Part shown: positions 24,599 to 34,850 of the stretch, piece by piece | How positions within the stretch are numbered: the stretch's first letter is position 1 | Layout of the letters: each line of letters opens with the position of its first letter | From: a virus | Direction: 5' to 3' (one strand) | Virus record (IMG/VR): IMGVR_UViG_3300027792_000010 | DNA length: 64,000 nucleotides | Translations under genes and position numbers: made by a program | Notes under the pieces: generated by a model | The model's input: only the letters and a program-made list of their open reading frames with translations | What the model was told of the DNA's origin: nothing | Databases searched by the model: none

Positions 24599-25144
24599 TT
24601 AATTTATTAAACCATGATCCTTCTGAAACTTATATAGGTTGTATACTGGAGAATTCACCAACTCCATTTCAATCCTTTTATACTCTTCCATAAGAGGCTG
24701 TGCTTTAGCTGTCGTTATTGTTTTCTTTATAAGCATACTCCTTAGCTTATGTAGCCTTTTTAAGGGCTTTATGACCTCTTGATACTTCTTGGAGCTTCCG
24801 AAGAGAGAGGATGCATTTTTGAGTTTATGACAGTACTTGCATAAGTACCTTTGCTCACATTCCTTATTTTTAGTAGGCATATAGAGCTTTAAACAATTTC
24901 TCCCACATTTAGGGCAGCGGATATACCACCTCACACCACCAAGATGATTAGGGCTTGAGTAATATTCAAATACCTGATTGTTTATAGTAAAGGATTTTAG
25001 GCTTTCCTCCATCCTCACTCTGAATTGCTCTTCATTATCTGTATTAAACTTTTTCCTGATCTCTTTTTTTAAACGATTTATTATCGGAGAGAAGTTAAGA
25101 CAGTCTACAGATTCAAGTGTTACATATTTTGAGTTTGTGCTCAT
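24599..25144 (-). CDS. Zinc-finger hypothetical protein
   Basis: GGVRWYIRCPKCG..LY..YLCKYCHKL. Confidence 0.6.
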   Translation of the reverse strand: MSTNSKYVTLESVDCLNFSPIINRLKKEIRKKFNTDNEEQFRVRMEESLKSFTINNQVFEYYSSPNHLGGVRWYIRCPKCGRNCLKLYMPTKNKECEQRYLCKYCHKLKNASSLFGSSKKYQEVIKPLKRLHKLRSMLIKKTITTAKAQPLMEEYKRIEMELVNSPVYNLYKFQKDHGLIN

Positions 25145-25198
25145 ATTATACCTCTATATGCTATATTATTTATGTAAAAGCACAAAAGTATTAATAGA

Positions 25199-25711
25199 TT
25201 ATTCAATAATATCATTTTCCATAAGATTCTTTCTAGGACCTGTAATAAGTTTTAGCACATTCTCTAGTAAATTTATAGTCCATATAAGTAATTTACCAAA
25301 AATACCAGTATTTTTCTGCGCCTCACTTAGAGACTTATCTAGTACCCACTCATATGCAGCCAATTCCTGGTATTTCTTATACTTTATATTAGGGTCTTGA
25401 AGTTCTGTCTTAAGCTCTAACTCTACAGTCTCTTTAGTCATTTTGCATGCAAAAGCATTACACTCTAAAGGGTTGGTGCATATATCTAATAGATCAAGGT
25501 TAAGATTACCATTCTCAATATCTTTTATATTAACACACCCATATGTGCATAGCTTTATTTTTTGCTGGGATTCAGATTTTGAGCTTATAATAAGACCTTT
25601 CCCATAGACACAGTTATCATGAGATTTCTTACTAGCATCCTGACATTTCTTGTATAGTATCTTTCTATACAACTTTCTATATTGTCTGTAAATCACTCCA
25701 GGACTTCTCAT
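25199..25711 (-). CDS. Cys-rich hypothetical protein
   Basis: 170-aa ORF. Confidence 0.5.
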   Translation of the reverse strand: MRSPGVIYRQYRKLYRKILYKKCQDASKKSHDNCVYGKGLIISSKSESQQKIKLCTYGCVNIKDIENGNLNLDLLDICTNPLECNAFACKMTKETVELELKTELQDPNIKYKKYQELAAYEWVLDKSLSEAQKNTGIFGKLLIWTINLLENVLKLITGPRKNLMENDIIE

Positions 25712-25815
25712 AAATTATTCCTTTTATATTTTAGTAGACCGTTCTTTTTTAACCTTATTTAGTCTCTTATCGACTTCTTTCCAAATTTCTATATCGCGGG
25801 TGTACGACTTCAGGA

Positions 25816-26343
25816 TTATTTATTTTCTTCATGTCTTGTATTACCAGACCTTAAATGGTCATAGAAGAAGTTATCGTTTAGGAATCGTATAGTATCTACA
25901 TAATCACAGAACCGTTTATTGAAACTTGAACCTTTCACAGACCACACCTCTACATTTTTACCCTGCCCTTTTAAGTGTTTGCACAAATCTATGAAATCAC
26001 CATCCCCGCTCATAAGTACCCACTTATCAAACTCATTTATACGTCTCATACAATCTACAGCTATAGCCATATCTTGGTCCGTGCCTGTATAACAGACGCT
26101 TCCGTCAGCTTTGGTTCCTTTTATGGCTTTCTTTATTATCAGATTGTAACCTAATGAGTGTAGAAAGTTTTCAAACTTTTTACTTTCTGCGTCAGGGGTC
26201 CTGATAATATAGGCGCACATATCTACGATCTGTGATTCGTTTGCTTTAAAATGCTGAGCCAACTTCAAAAAATCGATTCGTTTCTGTAAGTCTTTTGCTG
26301 AAAAAAATAAATTCTGAACATCTATCTGAATATAGGTTCTCAT
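25816..26343 (-). CDS. NYN-domain (LabA/DUF88, PIN-like) protein
   Basis: YIQIDVQN, TDQDMAIAVD, VLMSGDGDF, GKNVEV. Confidence 0.85.
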   Translation of the reverse strand: MRTYIQIDVQNLFFSAKDLQKRIDFLKLAQHFKANESQIVDMCAYIIRTPDAESKKFENFLHSLGYNLIIKKAIKGTKADGSVCYTGTDQDMAIAVDCMRRINEFDKWVLMSGDGDFIDLCKHLKGQGKNVEVWSVKGSSFNKRFCDYVDTIRFLNDNFFYDHLRSGNTRHEENK

Positions 26344-26963
26344 GATTTCTTTTCAATGGTTAAAGTACCCTTATTTAACTCTAGCTCAAAATTGTTTTTT
26401 GCATAAGTTGAGAGAGTGGGATTATGCGTAACTACTAGTATATCCATTTTTAACTTCTCAGATAACTGTTTTAAAAGCCTACTAACATTCTCCATATAGG
26501 TGTTATCAACAGCGGCAAAAGTTTCATCCATCATTATAAAGTGAGCCTTTTTAAGCTTTATAATACTCAACAGTCTGAGGAGTACGCTCTCTATGACCTG
26601 AACACTACTTTTAGAATTAGGATCGACGGTCATCCCGTTGTATAAGGTATTCAAATAGATATAAAGTTTTTTTCCTCGTTCCTCAATACTAGACTCGAAC
26701 TTTATATCTCTACCTGTATAAACAGTATTGAGACCATATGTAATAAGCTTATCCATCTTTGTAAGATCCTCTTGAATAAGCTTGTCAGTCAGATGTTTAA
26801 GGACCTTTTCTGTTTTGACTAAAATATCATCCTCAGTTTCTAGCTCTTTGACTACTTTACTGGTCTTCTCAAATTGATCTTTACGGGCTTGATATAATCC
26901 CTCAAGATATTTTATTCTATCTAATACTGAATCTACTTGAGTAGTATCCATTATTTCATCCAC
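26340..26963 (-). CDS. SbcC/Rad50-like ATPase, C-terminal half
   Basis: Coiled coil followed by Walker B FIMMDE and H-loop VVTHN; no Walker A. Confidence 0.75.
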   Translation of the reverse strand: MDEIMDTTQVDSVLDRIKYLEGLYQARKDQFEKTSKVVKELETEDDILVKTEKVLKHLTDKLIQEDLTKMDKLITYGLNTVYTGRDIKFESSIEERGKKLYIYLNTLYNGMTVDPNSKSSVQVIESVLLRLLSIIKLKKAHFIMMDETFAAVDNTYMENVSRLLKQLSEKLKMDILVVTHNPTLSTYAKNNFELELNKGTLTIEKKS

Positions 26964-28012
26964 TCCAAATATAGTTCTTCTAACTTTTTTACTAACATTT
27001 TTTGTTCATATTTTTCTATAGCTATTCTTTTTGCCTGCTCTCCTACTATCACCCTAAGTTCTGGACATAGAATCATCTTTCTTAGGTACTCATAGTACTC
27101 AGTTACATTATTAGCTATATATCCACCATTACTTATAACTTCTATATGGCCATTGCATATCTTACTTTTATGGCTTATAACTGGTACACCCTTTATCATA
27201 GCTTGCTGTATAGCACTCCCACACATCTCACCATCAAAACGGTAATGAAGGAATAGGTCTAATGAATTAAAAAATCTTTCTACATATCTTTCATCCATAT
27301 TCGCATCAAGAAAAATTATATTCTTTTCTCCTTGTGCTGCTACCTGTACTTCATAACAAGGATTCATAATCAAATAATAGAGCTTATCACACAACCCTTC
27401 ACTACTCACCTTCTTATAAGCATCAATAGCAATAGAGTCAAAGTTACCTGGTCTACCTATCCTACCGCAGACTATAGCATCCTCGGGGATGTTTAAGGAT
27501 ATTCTAAGATTATCTTTCTTATCGGGCACCATAGGTGCTCTGGTTGGATTATACATTATCCAATCACAACCCCCACGGATATCACTTGCATTATTAGATA
27601 TACATATAATCTTATCAACAAATCCACTAAGGTCTGTACAGCCGAATATGTTACTCTCTATATGTAGTTTTGCTAGTCTCTTATCAAAGGGCCACTCATA
27701 ATACCCAGATCGAGCTACATGCAATATATCTAAGGATAGGCCCTGTACTTTGTCGTGAAAGGTACTCCATAAAGGAGTATACCCTTTGTCCTGTCCTGTT
27801 TTACCTCTCGACCTCTTAAAAGGGATTGCATGGTTTGGCTCAAGAAAACTTATTAATTCATCAAGCTTGCTATTTTCCTGACACTCATCCCAATAGAGAG
27901 CGTAGGGCTCGAAGAGGTCTTTATTTAAGACCTCTATTATGTTTAGTAGAATCTGAGATGTCCCAGCATAGTCCCAACTATGTACATAGTATCCTATTTT
28001 TATTCTATTCAT
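26951..28012 (-). CDS. GT-B (family 4-like) glycosyltransferase
   Basis: AGT in the N-lobe, CGRIGR, DLFLH..GE.CG.AIQQAMIKGVPVIS. Confidence 0.75.
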   Translation of the reverse strand: MNRIKIGYYVHSWDYAGTSQILLNIIEVLNKDLFEPYALYWDECQENSKLDELISFLEPNHAIPFKRSRGKTGQDKGYTPLWSTFHDKVQGLSLDILHVARSGYYEWPFDKRLAKLHIESNIFGCTDLSGFVDKIICISNNASDIRGGCDWIMYNPTRAPMVPDKKDNLRISLNIPEDAIVCGRIGRPGNFDSIAIDAYKKVSSEGLCDKLYYLIMNPCYEVQVAAQGEKNIIFLDANMDERYVERFFNSLDLFLHYRFDGEMCGSAIQQAMIKGVPVISHKSKICNGHIEVISNGGYIANNVTEYYEYLRKMILCPELRVIVGEQAKRIAIEKYEQKMLVKKLEELYLEWMK

Positions 28013-28487
28013 TATATTTTAATCTTAATTCTTTAGGGATTCTAGGTATTGGTAACCAGTGTGTAACATTTACAACTTCAAGTGTACTATCCTGCCATGC
28101 TTCCATCAAATCATTAAAAAAACAAACTTCATAACGACTGCCGTATGTTTTCCCATTGCGTCTTATATTCCCAAGTACCATCTCTCTTTCTACTATACAA
28201 CAATATTTATCAGGATTTCGCGGTAGGAAGTTTTTTGTAGAAATCCATTTAGCAGTAGATCTCTTATCTAACTTAGGTATTATAATCCTATCATCTATAT
28301 CAACTTTTTTCATGTTACTGTTTAACCACTCTTGAATAACTACCAACACCAACAACCAAGTACTTCTGATCTTTGAATATTCCAGTCTTATAAACTTTAA
28401 AGAATGGGGCATCGTCATTGATAAACAGCTTAACTGTTCCCTCAGTATCAAGAGAGGACATAATGCTTTTGAAAAGTTTATACCCAA
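28005..28487 (-). CDS. DUF551-like phage hypothetical protein (true start probably MKKVD near 28313)
   Basis: KWIS....LP and VTHWLPIP motifs; the upstream extension overlaps the clamp gene. Confidence 0.55.
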   Translation of the reverse strand: MGINFSKALCPLLILREQLSCLSMTMPHSLKFIRLEYSKIRSTWLLVLVVIQEWLNSNMKKVDIDDRIIIPKLDKRSTAKWISTKNFLPRNPDKYCCIVEREMVLGNIRRNGKTYGSRYEVCFFNDLMEAWQDSTLEVVNVTHWLPIPRIPKELRLKYNE

Positions 28488-29475
28488 CGATATGACTCAC
28501 GGCTTCGTCGTTATCATCCGCCACTTTGGATACTATTAACTTTTCCATGCACTTGAGATTGCCAATAAGAGATAGCTCAAGCCTGGAGCTATCTCCTAAT
28601 CCAGAAAGAGTAACCTGAACACCAGTCCCAACCAAATCTTTAGATGTTGATACAAGGCGATCTAAGGCTTTTAACATCTTATTTTTCTCTATCTCTATAT
28701 GCTTCCCATCTGCTTTTATAAGATCTGTCTTTATCTTAGGGGTTTCAATAGAGGATTTTAGAAATCCAAAAAATATTCCTTTATTTTGACTTTCAACTGC
28801 ATAATACTTTTCTGTTTCAATAAATGAAATTATATCATCCTTCATTACATCTAAAATGCCGTGAAGTATTGGTATAACCATTTTTCTAATCTTCACATTT
28901 TTAAACTCTTTAAACATTTTACAAGCTAAATAACCCATCTTATTCATACCATTAGCACTATAAGCCATATTCTCATTAATCACTAAGAAATCGTACTTTT
29001 TAGACTCTTCTGTCATAGCCGATAAGTAATTGATAGACCATTTTAGAGTATAGGCTAAAAACTCTCGATCAATCGTATATACAGCTACAGGAGTGCTATT
29101 CTCAAAACGAAGCATCTTATCGGGAGGGAAAGACTGTAGCGACGTGAAGGATTCACTGTCCTCAGAAGTATAAACTTTTAGAACTAAATTATTATGATCC
29201 AATTCAAGTTCAATATCTTCATGCTCTATTTTTACAAGGAGTTTCTCCAGAGATTTAGGATCTGCTGTAAAAGAAAAATCTCCATTCTGCTGTTCTATAA
29301 TAGATATAGTACTTGAAGCTCTCAAGTCATTATTTGTCGCCGAGACTGTGAGAGTAGAATCTTTTGGAGTAAAAAGTAAATGTGCTCTTTCTTCTTGAAG
29401 GACTATTTTAGATAGTGCTCTTTTTGCTATCGATATAGCATCCTTAAGTTCTTCTTTTTTTACTTTGATCCTCAT
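28315..29475 (-). CDS. dnaN: DNA sliding clamp (Pol III beta-like)
   Basis: 386 aa; LTVSATNNDL and repeated three-domain pattern typical of beta clamps; a clamp loader is present in the window. Confidence 0.75.
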   Translation of the reverse strand: MRIKVKKEELKDAISIAKRALSKIVLQEERAHLLFTPKDSTLTVSATNNDLRASSTISIIEQQNGDFSFTADPKSLEKLLVKIEHEDIELELDHNNLVLKVYTSEDSESFTSLQSFPPDKMLRFENSTPVAVYTIDREFLAYTLKWSINYLSAMTEESKKYDFLVINENMAYSANGMNKMGYLACKMFKEFKNVKIRKMVIPILHGILDVMKDDIISFIETEKYYAVESQNKGIFFGFLKSSIETPKIKTDLIKADGKHIEIEKNKMLKALDRLVSTSKDLVGTGVQVTLSGLGDSSRLELSLIGNLKCMEKLIVSKVADDNDEAVSHIVGYKLFKSIMSSLDTEGTVKLFINDDAPFFKVYKTGIFKDQKYLVVGVGSYSRVVKQ

Positions 29476-29476
29476 C

Positions 29477-29743
29477 TTAACCCTCTATTTTGCTTAGCTT
29501 TGAAGATACCGCATTTAGTTCGGCCTCAAAAGCTTCTATCGCTTTTTTGATCTCTTCTTCTTTTTTAGAAATAATAGAGGCCAGTTCTTTTGGCTCAAAC
29601 CCCATGTCTCTAATTTCTTTCACAAGAGTTGTAAGTATCTCTTTTTTGCTCTTATACTGCTCTTCTATTCTAATCTTCTTAGTATCGTACTCTTTAAGTA
29701 ACTTCTGCAGCTTCATGAATTTCTCTGCGTCTTGAATAGCCAT
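29477..29743 (-). CDS. Coiled-coil hypothetical protein
   Basis: 88 aa, heptad-rich. Confidence 0.55.
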   Translation of the reverse strand: MAIQDAEKFMKLQKLLKEYDTKKIRIEEQYKSKKEILTTLVKEIRDMGFEPKELASIISKKEEEIKKAIEAFEAELNAVSSKLSKIEG

Positions 29744-29787
29744 GATTGCCTCCTTCTTTAGGTCTTTGGTAATATACTAAATTGTTA

Positions 29788-30633
29788 CTACTTTTTAAAG
29801 CCTACAGTCTGTAGTTCACCATTATAATCTGGGAGGGCAGATTTTTTCCCACGTTTTTCTTTGTTGGCTTCTTTTTTCTGAGTATATTCATCACACTGGT
29901 AACGAAAATCGCACCATTTGCACTGTTTAGATAACCCTATCTTAGCTTCAAACTTAGTATCAGCTTTGATAGCATTTTTGACCAAAGCCAATTTGTTTTT
30001 GAATTTAATGATGGTATCGTATGTGAAATCATAATAAACAATCTGGCGCATCCTCCAATAAAGGATACCTAATAGATCCGGCATCTTTTTATAGTGGATC
30101 AAGTATACTAAAGCATAAAAGTATAGTTGGTCAGCATCTATATTTTTACCTATCTCATCGGTTCCCTTACCGTCCAAAATAGTAACTTTCCCTTGGTTAT
30201 CTTTGTGAATAAAGTCTACCTTAGATACAAGGGAGTCCCCGCTGTTTTTAAGATTAATAATGATTTTCTTTTCAGACTCACTGTGGCGAAAAAAATCGTC
30301 AAATACCTTTAGATTCTCTATTACATCAGAATATGCTTGCTCAAAAAGATCCACAGATGAAAACTTACACCACGGTTCATTCCAGTCTACATAATTATCC
30401 TGGAGGACTTTGTTCCATATGCCCCTAAGATACCCTTTGACTTCTATTTCCGTGAGAACTTTCCCATTTTTGCTATAAAGATTAGAATAAAGTTCAAAAA
30501 ATTTTTGAACGGTTATCCCATACAAAGCAAAATACTTACTTGGAGTGACCGCAGGTTTTACCCTATCTTTTTGATATTTATATTTTTTTGGACAATCTAA
30601 ATAGCTTTTATACTCTGAATAAGATAGTTTCAC
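29788..30633 (-). CDS. PD-(D/E)XK RecB/Cas4-like exonuclease
   Basis: LSYS..YLDCP, KVDFI, ILDGK, CKWCDF..C. Confidence 0.8.
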   Translation of the reverse strand: MKLSYSEYKSYLDCPKKYKYQKDRVKPAVTPSKYFALYGITVQKFFELYSNLYSKNGKVLTEIEVKGYLRGIWNKVLQDNYVDWNEPWCKFSSVDLFEQAYSDVIENLKVFDDFFRHSESEKKIIINLKNSGDSLVSKVDFIHKDNQGKVTILDGKGTDEIGKNIDADQLYFYALVYLIHYKKMPDLLGILYWRMRQIVYYDFTYDTIIKFKNKLALVKNAIKADTKFEAKIGLSKQCKWCDFRYQCDEYTQKKEANKEKRGKKSALPDYNGELQTVGFKK

Positions 30634-31673
30634 TTTACTATTCCTTTTATATAACTGTCAGCTTCACTTATATAGTCTTTAACTCTTTGAACTACTGCTT
30701 TATCTACATTTGCTTTTTCAATCTCATCTTGTATATTATTTTTGTCTATACCTGTATCTGTAGCTACTTCCAATTTAAGAGTATCTACAAACTCCTCTGT
30801 AGCTTTAACTCTTTCTTTCTCAGTCTTTTTTTCTTCGATATTGAATACTTCAGTAGCTGGCTTTACATTAAGCTTAACAGTCTGAGTACTAACTTTCCTA
30901 TCAGGATCTATTGTCACTATACAGATCTTTGGATTACGTCCTATATCATCCTCAACCAGAGATCCACGACTTATAGCTCCAACATTGACAAAATGTTGTT
31001 CTTTACCATTTACACTCAGGACTTCTACACCCTGATCTACGTGATAATGACCAAGGATAAATATATCGTCTCCTAACTGTGCTACCTCTTTATAGGAGTA
31101 AAGTTTGGTTTTAAATAAAGATCCGCCATTTTTAGTAGTATATAAATGAAGCGCACAGACATTTACTGTTTCACTATCTTCTATTACTCGCGAATATGTA
31201 GAGGTAGACTCAAGATTAGGTTCTTCTGTAAAAGGGAATGAACGAAGTCTTACATTCTTAATTTTTCTCTCTGCACCGATTTGTATTAATGCCCCACTTT
31301 CATAAATAACATTTAGTGGTTGCTTATCAAAAGTGATATAGCTATCATTCTTTAGGTCATGGTTGCCCTCAATACAATAAATAGGTGCTGGGAATGACTT
31401 AAATAACTTTATGAGGATTCCTGTTAACTCATGTGAGTTTTTCATTGGGGCTTTGAGATTGAACAAATCTCCAGCACAAACAAAAAAATCTACCTTAAGT
31501 TTCTCCCCGACGAGCTTTATTTGATTGAGTTTATCTATAATATCCTGGCGATAGTCTCCTATTCTGGCTTGAGGGTTCACATCGCTAATATGGACATCTG
31601 TGAATGTAATAAATTTAATGGTGTCAGCCATTATTAGCCTCCAGACTAGCTCCGCATACAGGGCAAGCCTCAA
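30630..31673 (-). CDS. SbcD/Mre11-like metallophosphoesterase (likely start MADTIK at 31631)
   Basis: TDVH, AGDLFN, GNHD, LGHYH motifs. Confidence 0.85.
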   Translation of the reverse strand: MRLALYAELVWRLIMADTIKFITFTDVHISDVNPQARIGDYRQDIIDKLNQIKLVGEKLKVDFFVCAGDLFNLKAPMKNSHELTGILIKLFKSFPAPIYCIEGNHDLKNDSYITFDKQPLNVIYESGALIQIGAERKIKNVRLRSFPFTEEPNLESTSTYSRVIEDSETVNVCALHLYTTKNGGSLFKTKLYSYKEVAQLGDDIFILGHYHVDQGVEVLSVNGKEQHFVNVGAISRGSLVEDDIGRNPKICIVTIDPDRKVSTQTVKLNVKPATEVFNIEEKKTEKERVKATEEFVDTLKLEVATDTGIDKNNIQDEIEKANVDKAVVQRVKDYISEADSYIKGIVK

Positions 31674-32805
31674 ATTTATCTAACTCTTGTTGAGTGTCTT
31701 CTATCTCTTTTGTAACTGTCGCTAAAGAGGTTTTCAAGTCATTAGCTTCCTTAGATGTAACTTGAATATCTTGATAGACTCTTCTCAAATTACCCGCCGT
31801 GTCTAAGTCTACTGTTGGTACCTTTGGGAAAATTAAATCCTCTAGTACTCTTCTCATGCCCTCTACCTCAGAGCTTAAAGCTGTATATTTGCTGTATATA
31901 AATTTGAGTCTATCTATCTCATTAATCTTCTCACCCAACTCATGGGATATTTCGGAAGGAATTACAATATCCTTGTGTCCCTCTAATCGTTTCAAGTCTT
32001 GAGCAACAATCGTTATTTGAGAACGAAGATTACTAATCTTGCTCAAAGCTACTATAGAATCTTCAATCTCTTTCCCCGACGGTATCTTTATCATAGATAC
32101 CTCTGAGAGTCTATCTATTTCTTTTTCCACTGTAGAAATAGAATCGTTTATAGCTTTTAAACGTTCTAATGTACTCTCCTGAGCTTTTATTTCGTCTCTC
32201 TTTTTAACTATAGAGCCCTTCTCAGAGAGGATATCCTCAAAACCTATAAACCTATCAAAATCCCTCTTAGCTACTATAAGGTCTTCTTTTCTGGTTTTTA
32301 GTATATCTTTATTTTTTCTCTGGTCACGGTTACAGAACTCCAGAGCTTTATAAAGCTTATCCAAACCATACATAGAAATAAGTAAGTCCGCTGCTTTGGA
32401 GTCTCGCTTATCTACTAAAAATAAAGGACTATACTGCTCACAATAATGAAGATTTACTTCATCATCGGAATTAGTAGTAATTACCCCAAACCCCGAGTCT
32501 ACAACTTGTTGAGGCTGACTATCTTTACCTACCTTCTTCTGAGTTATACCGTTGATCTCATAGAAATTGTTGCCGCTCTCTTTATGCCACAACAAATCCA
32601 TATTATCAGTTTTTATGCGCACCTCACAAAAAGTCTCACCCCATTTGATGAACTGCTCACCTTTTTGATTGGTTAAGGCAGCGTTTATAGCTCTCAATAA
32701 AGCGCTCTTTCCGATGAAGTTCCGACCAGTAACGGTACAGAACCCATCGAAAGAAAACTTTATATGCCCAATAGACTCATAGTTTGTTATTTCTACTTCA
32801 ATCAT
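31624..32805 (-). CDS. SbcC/Rad50-like ATPase, N-terminal half ending at the zinc hook
   Basis: Walker A GRNFIGKS, Q-loop, long coiled coil, terminal CPVCG. Confidence 0.8.
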   Translation of the reverse strand: MIEVEITNYESIGHIKFSFDGFCTVTGRNFIGKSALLRAINAALTNQKGEQFIKWGETFCEVRIKTDNMDLLWHKESGNNFYEINGITQKKVGKDSQPQQVVDSGFGVITTNSDDEVNLHYCEQYSPLFLVDKRDSKAADLLISMYGLDKLYKALEFCNRDQRKNKDILKTRKEDLIVAKRDFDRFIGFEDILSEKGSIVKKRDEIKAQESTLERLKAINDSISTVEKEIDRLSEVSMIKIPSGKEIEDSIVALSKISNLRSQITIVAQDLKRLEGHKDIVIPSEISHELGEKINEIDRLKFIYSKYTALSSEVEGMRRVLEDLIFPKVPTVDLDTAGNLRRVYQDIQVTSKEANDLKTSLATVTKEIEDTQQELDKFEACPVCGASLEANNG

Positions 32806-32818
32806 TTAGTACACCATT

Positions 32819-34186
32819 CTATTTTATAGGCTTTTCAGTATCTATACCAGATCCCATCATTCCCTGGAGTTCTGCAAGTTCAGCTTTCGCTTCATCATCC
32901 AGCTCTACGATATCTACCTTCTTTTCTCCCAGTTGTTTATTAAGTTCTTCCAGAGTTTCCTTTTCATCTTCTGTTATGAGATCGCCTTTTTCAAGAAGCT
33001 CATCACGTAACTCTATCATGTCTTGGAAGCTTTGCTTAGGAATAAGGTAAGGTTTTAATGCCTCAAGTACATCAGGGTTCTTTTCCAGATGACTTAGTAC
33101 ACTCTGTCTTCCTTGAATCTTAAAGCTATGTACTTCATTTGGATCTTTCCACTCGTAGTACCCCGCCCCGCCCTTCTTAATAATATTTCGGTTGATACCA
33201 AGCTCTACTAGGGATAAGATATTATTGATACCCTGGCCAAATGTAATAAAGAGGGGTACTTTCTTGAAAGGAAGATCAAGCTTACTTTTTATGATACGAG
33301 CTTCTACCACCTGATTAACACACTTTTCTTCTTTAGCCCCGGTTATATTACTAACAACATCTACTTTTTCTTGCTGCTTACCTTTAAGTTCTATACGAAT
33401 AGTAGCAAAGAATTTGGGGGCCTTACCTCCAGAGGTAGTCTCATTAGGACCTGGATCATACTGACTGGATTTAATAACTGTACGTAGCTGATTCAGCATT
33501 AGTAGACAAGTATCATACTTCTCAAGACGTTTGTTCATCCAGTTTAGAAAGGTGCTCATCAAACGAGCGTGTTTACCAATAGCTGTTCCTGCGTCCGCTT
33601 CGGCCTCAGAGGTTTCTTTTGGAAGCATGGCGGTAACAGAGTCAATAACAATAAGAGCTGGCTTTAAAGTGAGTAGACCTGTCCCAAGAAGATTTGTTCC
33701 TTCTTCGAAACTTTTCGGAGTCATATGGTAGAAAAGAGGAGGATTTGTGTCTATACCAAGATTTTCGATATATTTGAACTGTGTTCTAAGCGAGTGCTCA
33801 AAATCAGCATAGATAACAGCTCCACCCATTTTCTGGGTTTCTCTAACAGCATGTAACGCTAGTGTAGTTTTTCCAGAACCTTCCCCACCAAACAATTCTA
33901 CCATGTACCCACGAGGATAACCGCCTGGGGCTTCCTGGTGTGTCCCATCACCAATAGCCCTATTTAATGACCAGGAGCCTGTTGATATGAAGTTAATCTT
34001 TTTTTTAATATCTCCGAGAGCATCATTTTTCTTAAGAAGCTCTAAAAAAGCTAAACTAGCTTCGCCCTTTGAGACCTTTTTCGTAGTAGTATTTGTCTCA
34101 GTCTCCTGAGGGCTCTTCGGTTTCTTTTTGAAGTTTGCCATCTTTAATTCTCCTTTTAATCTTTTCAAAATCATAAAATAACTCAT
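32819..34186 (-). CDS. recA: RecA recombinase (likely start MANFKKK at 34141)
   Basis: ISTGS..L..AIG, GGYPRG.MVELFG.EGSGKTT, IVIDSV, NQLR, GGKA.KFFATIRIE. Confidence 0.92.
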   Translation of the reverse strand: MSYFMILKRLKGELKMANFKKKPKSPQETETNTTTKKVSKGEASLAFLELLKKNDALGDIKKKINFISTGSWSLNRAIGDGTHQEAPGGYPRGYMVELFGGEGSGKTTLALHAVRETQKMGGAVIYADFEHSLRTQFKYIENLGIDTNPPLFYHMTPKSFEEGTNLLGTGLLTLKPALIVIDSVTAMLPKETSEAEADAGTAIGKHARLMSTFLNWMNKRLEKYDTCLLMLNQLRTVIKSSQYDPGPNETTSGGKAPKFFATIRIELKGKQQEKVDVVSNITGAKEEKCVNQVVEARIIKSKLDLPFKKVPLFITFGQGINNILSLVELGINRNIIKKGGAGYYEWKDPNEVHSFKIQGRQSVLSHLEKNPDVLEALKPYLIPKQSFQDMIELRDELLEKGDLITEDEKETLEELNKQLGEKKVDIVELDDEAKAELAELQGMMGSGIDTEKPIK

Positions 34187-34796
34187 TCTCTCTATATATG
34201 ATTCCAGAGTATTCTGTTACTCCTTTCTTCATACCCTTAGAGAACGTATGCTTTCCAGAAAAAACACCTCTCTCATACTCGCCTAAATCATCTTCAGAGA
34301 GTGTTTTATCTATAAACCAATGTTTAAACCTTCTACCAAAATACCCGGCCCAATAAGCATCAGCGGTATCCTCTGGTAATTTTTTACCTTGAAGATTTAA
34401 AGCAGTCTTAGCCTTATCTATCATTTGAGGTTTATGTATTTCATGTACCTTATTATCTGGGAAAACCAGCTTTTTAAGTTGCTGCGGAGGGAAATACACA
34501 ATATAAACCCCTTCTTCCAGATACATACGGTGAAGAAATTGATTCAAAGCAAATAGTATCTCAGTACTAAATGCTTCATAGAAGGGGGCTTCCGCGCCTA
34601 TAAACTTAATATTGTACTCTCTAATCTTACCCCTTACTTGCTCAGTTTGCTTAATAAGTCTCTCTACCAAGATACCGTCAGTAGGATCAGTTCTAAGTAG
34701 ACCCTTATCCTCTACGACATCTACTGGTTTACCCAGGTCCATTACCACAAAACCAGATTTCTTAAGAGATGGGTCAAGCCCTAAAATATAAGACAT
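34098..34796 (-). CDS. RuvC-like Holliday junction resolvase
   Basis: ILGLDPSL, GAEAP, DTADAY. Confidence 0.7.
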   Translation of the reverse strand: MSYILGLDPSLKKSGFVVMDLGKPVDVVEDKGLLRTDPTDGILVERLIKQTEQVRGKIREYNIKFIGAEAPFYEAFSTEILFALNQFLHRMYLEEGVYIVYFPPQQLKKLVFPDNKVHEIHKPQMIDKAKTALNLQGKKLPEDTADAYWAGYFGRRFKHWFIDKTLSEDDLGEYERGVFSGKHTFSKGMKKGVTEYSGIIYRENELFYDFEKIKRRIKDGKLQKETEEPSGD

Positions 34797-34850
34797 AAAA
34801 CCTCACAAAAGGTGTGGTGCTTTTGACACCACACCCACCTACATTAATGG

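Noticed and set aside
29788-30633. Cas4 as evidence for a CRISPR-Cas system
   Set aside because: A PD-(D/E)XK nuclease within a recombination operon, with no cas1/cas2 or array nearby.
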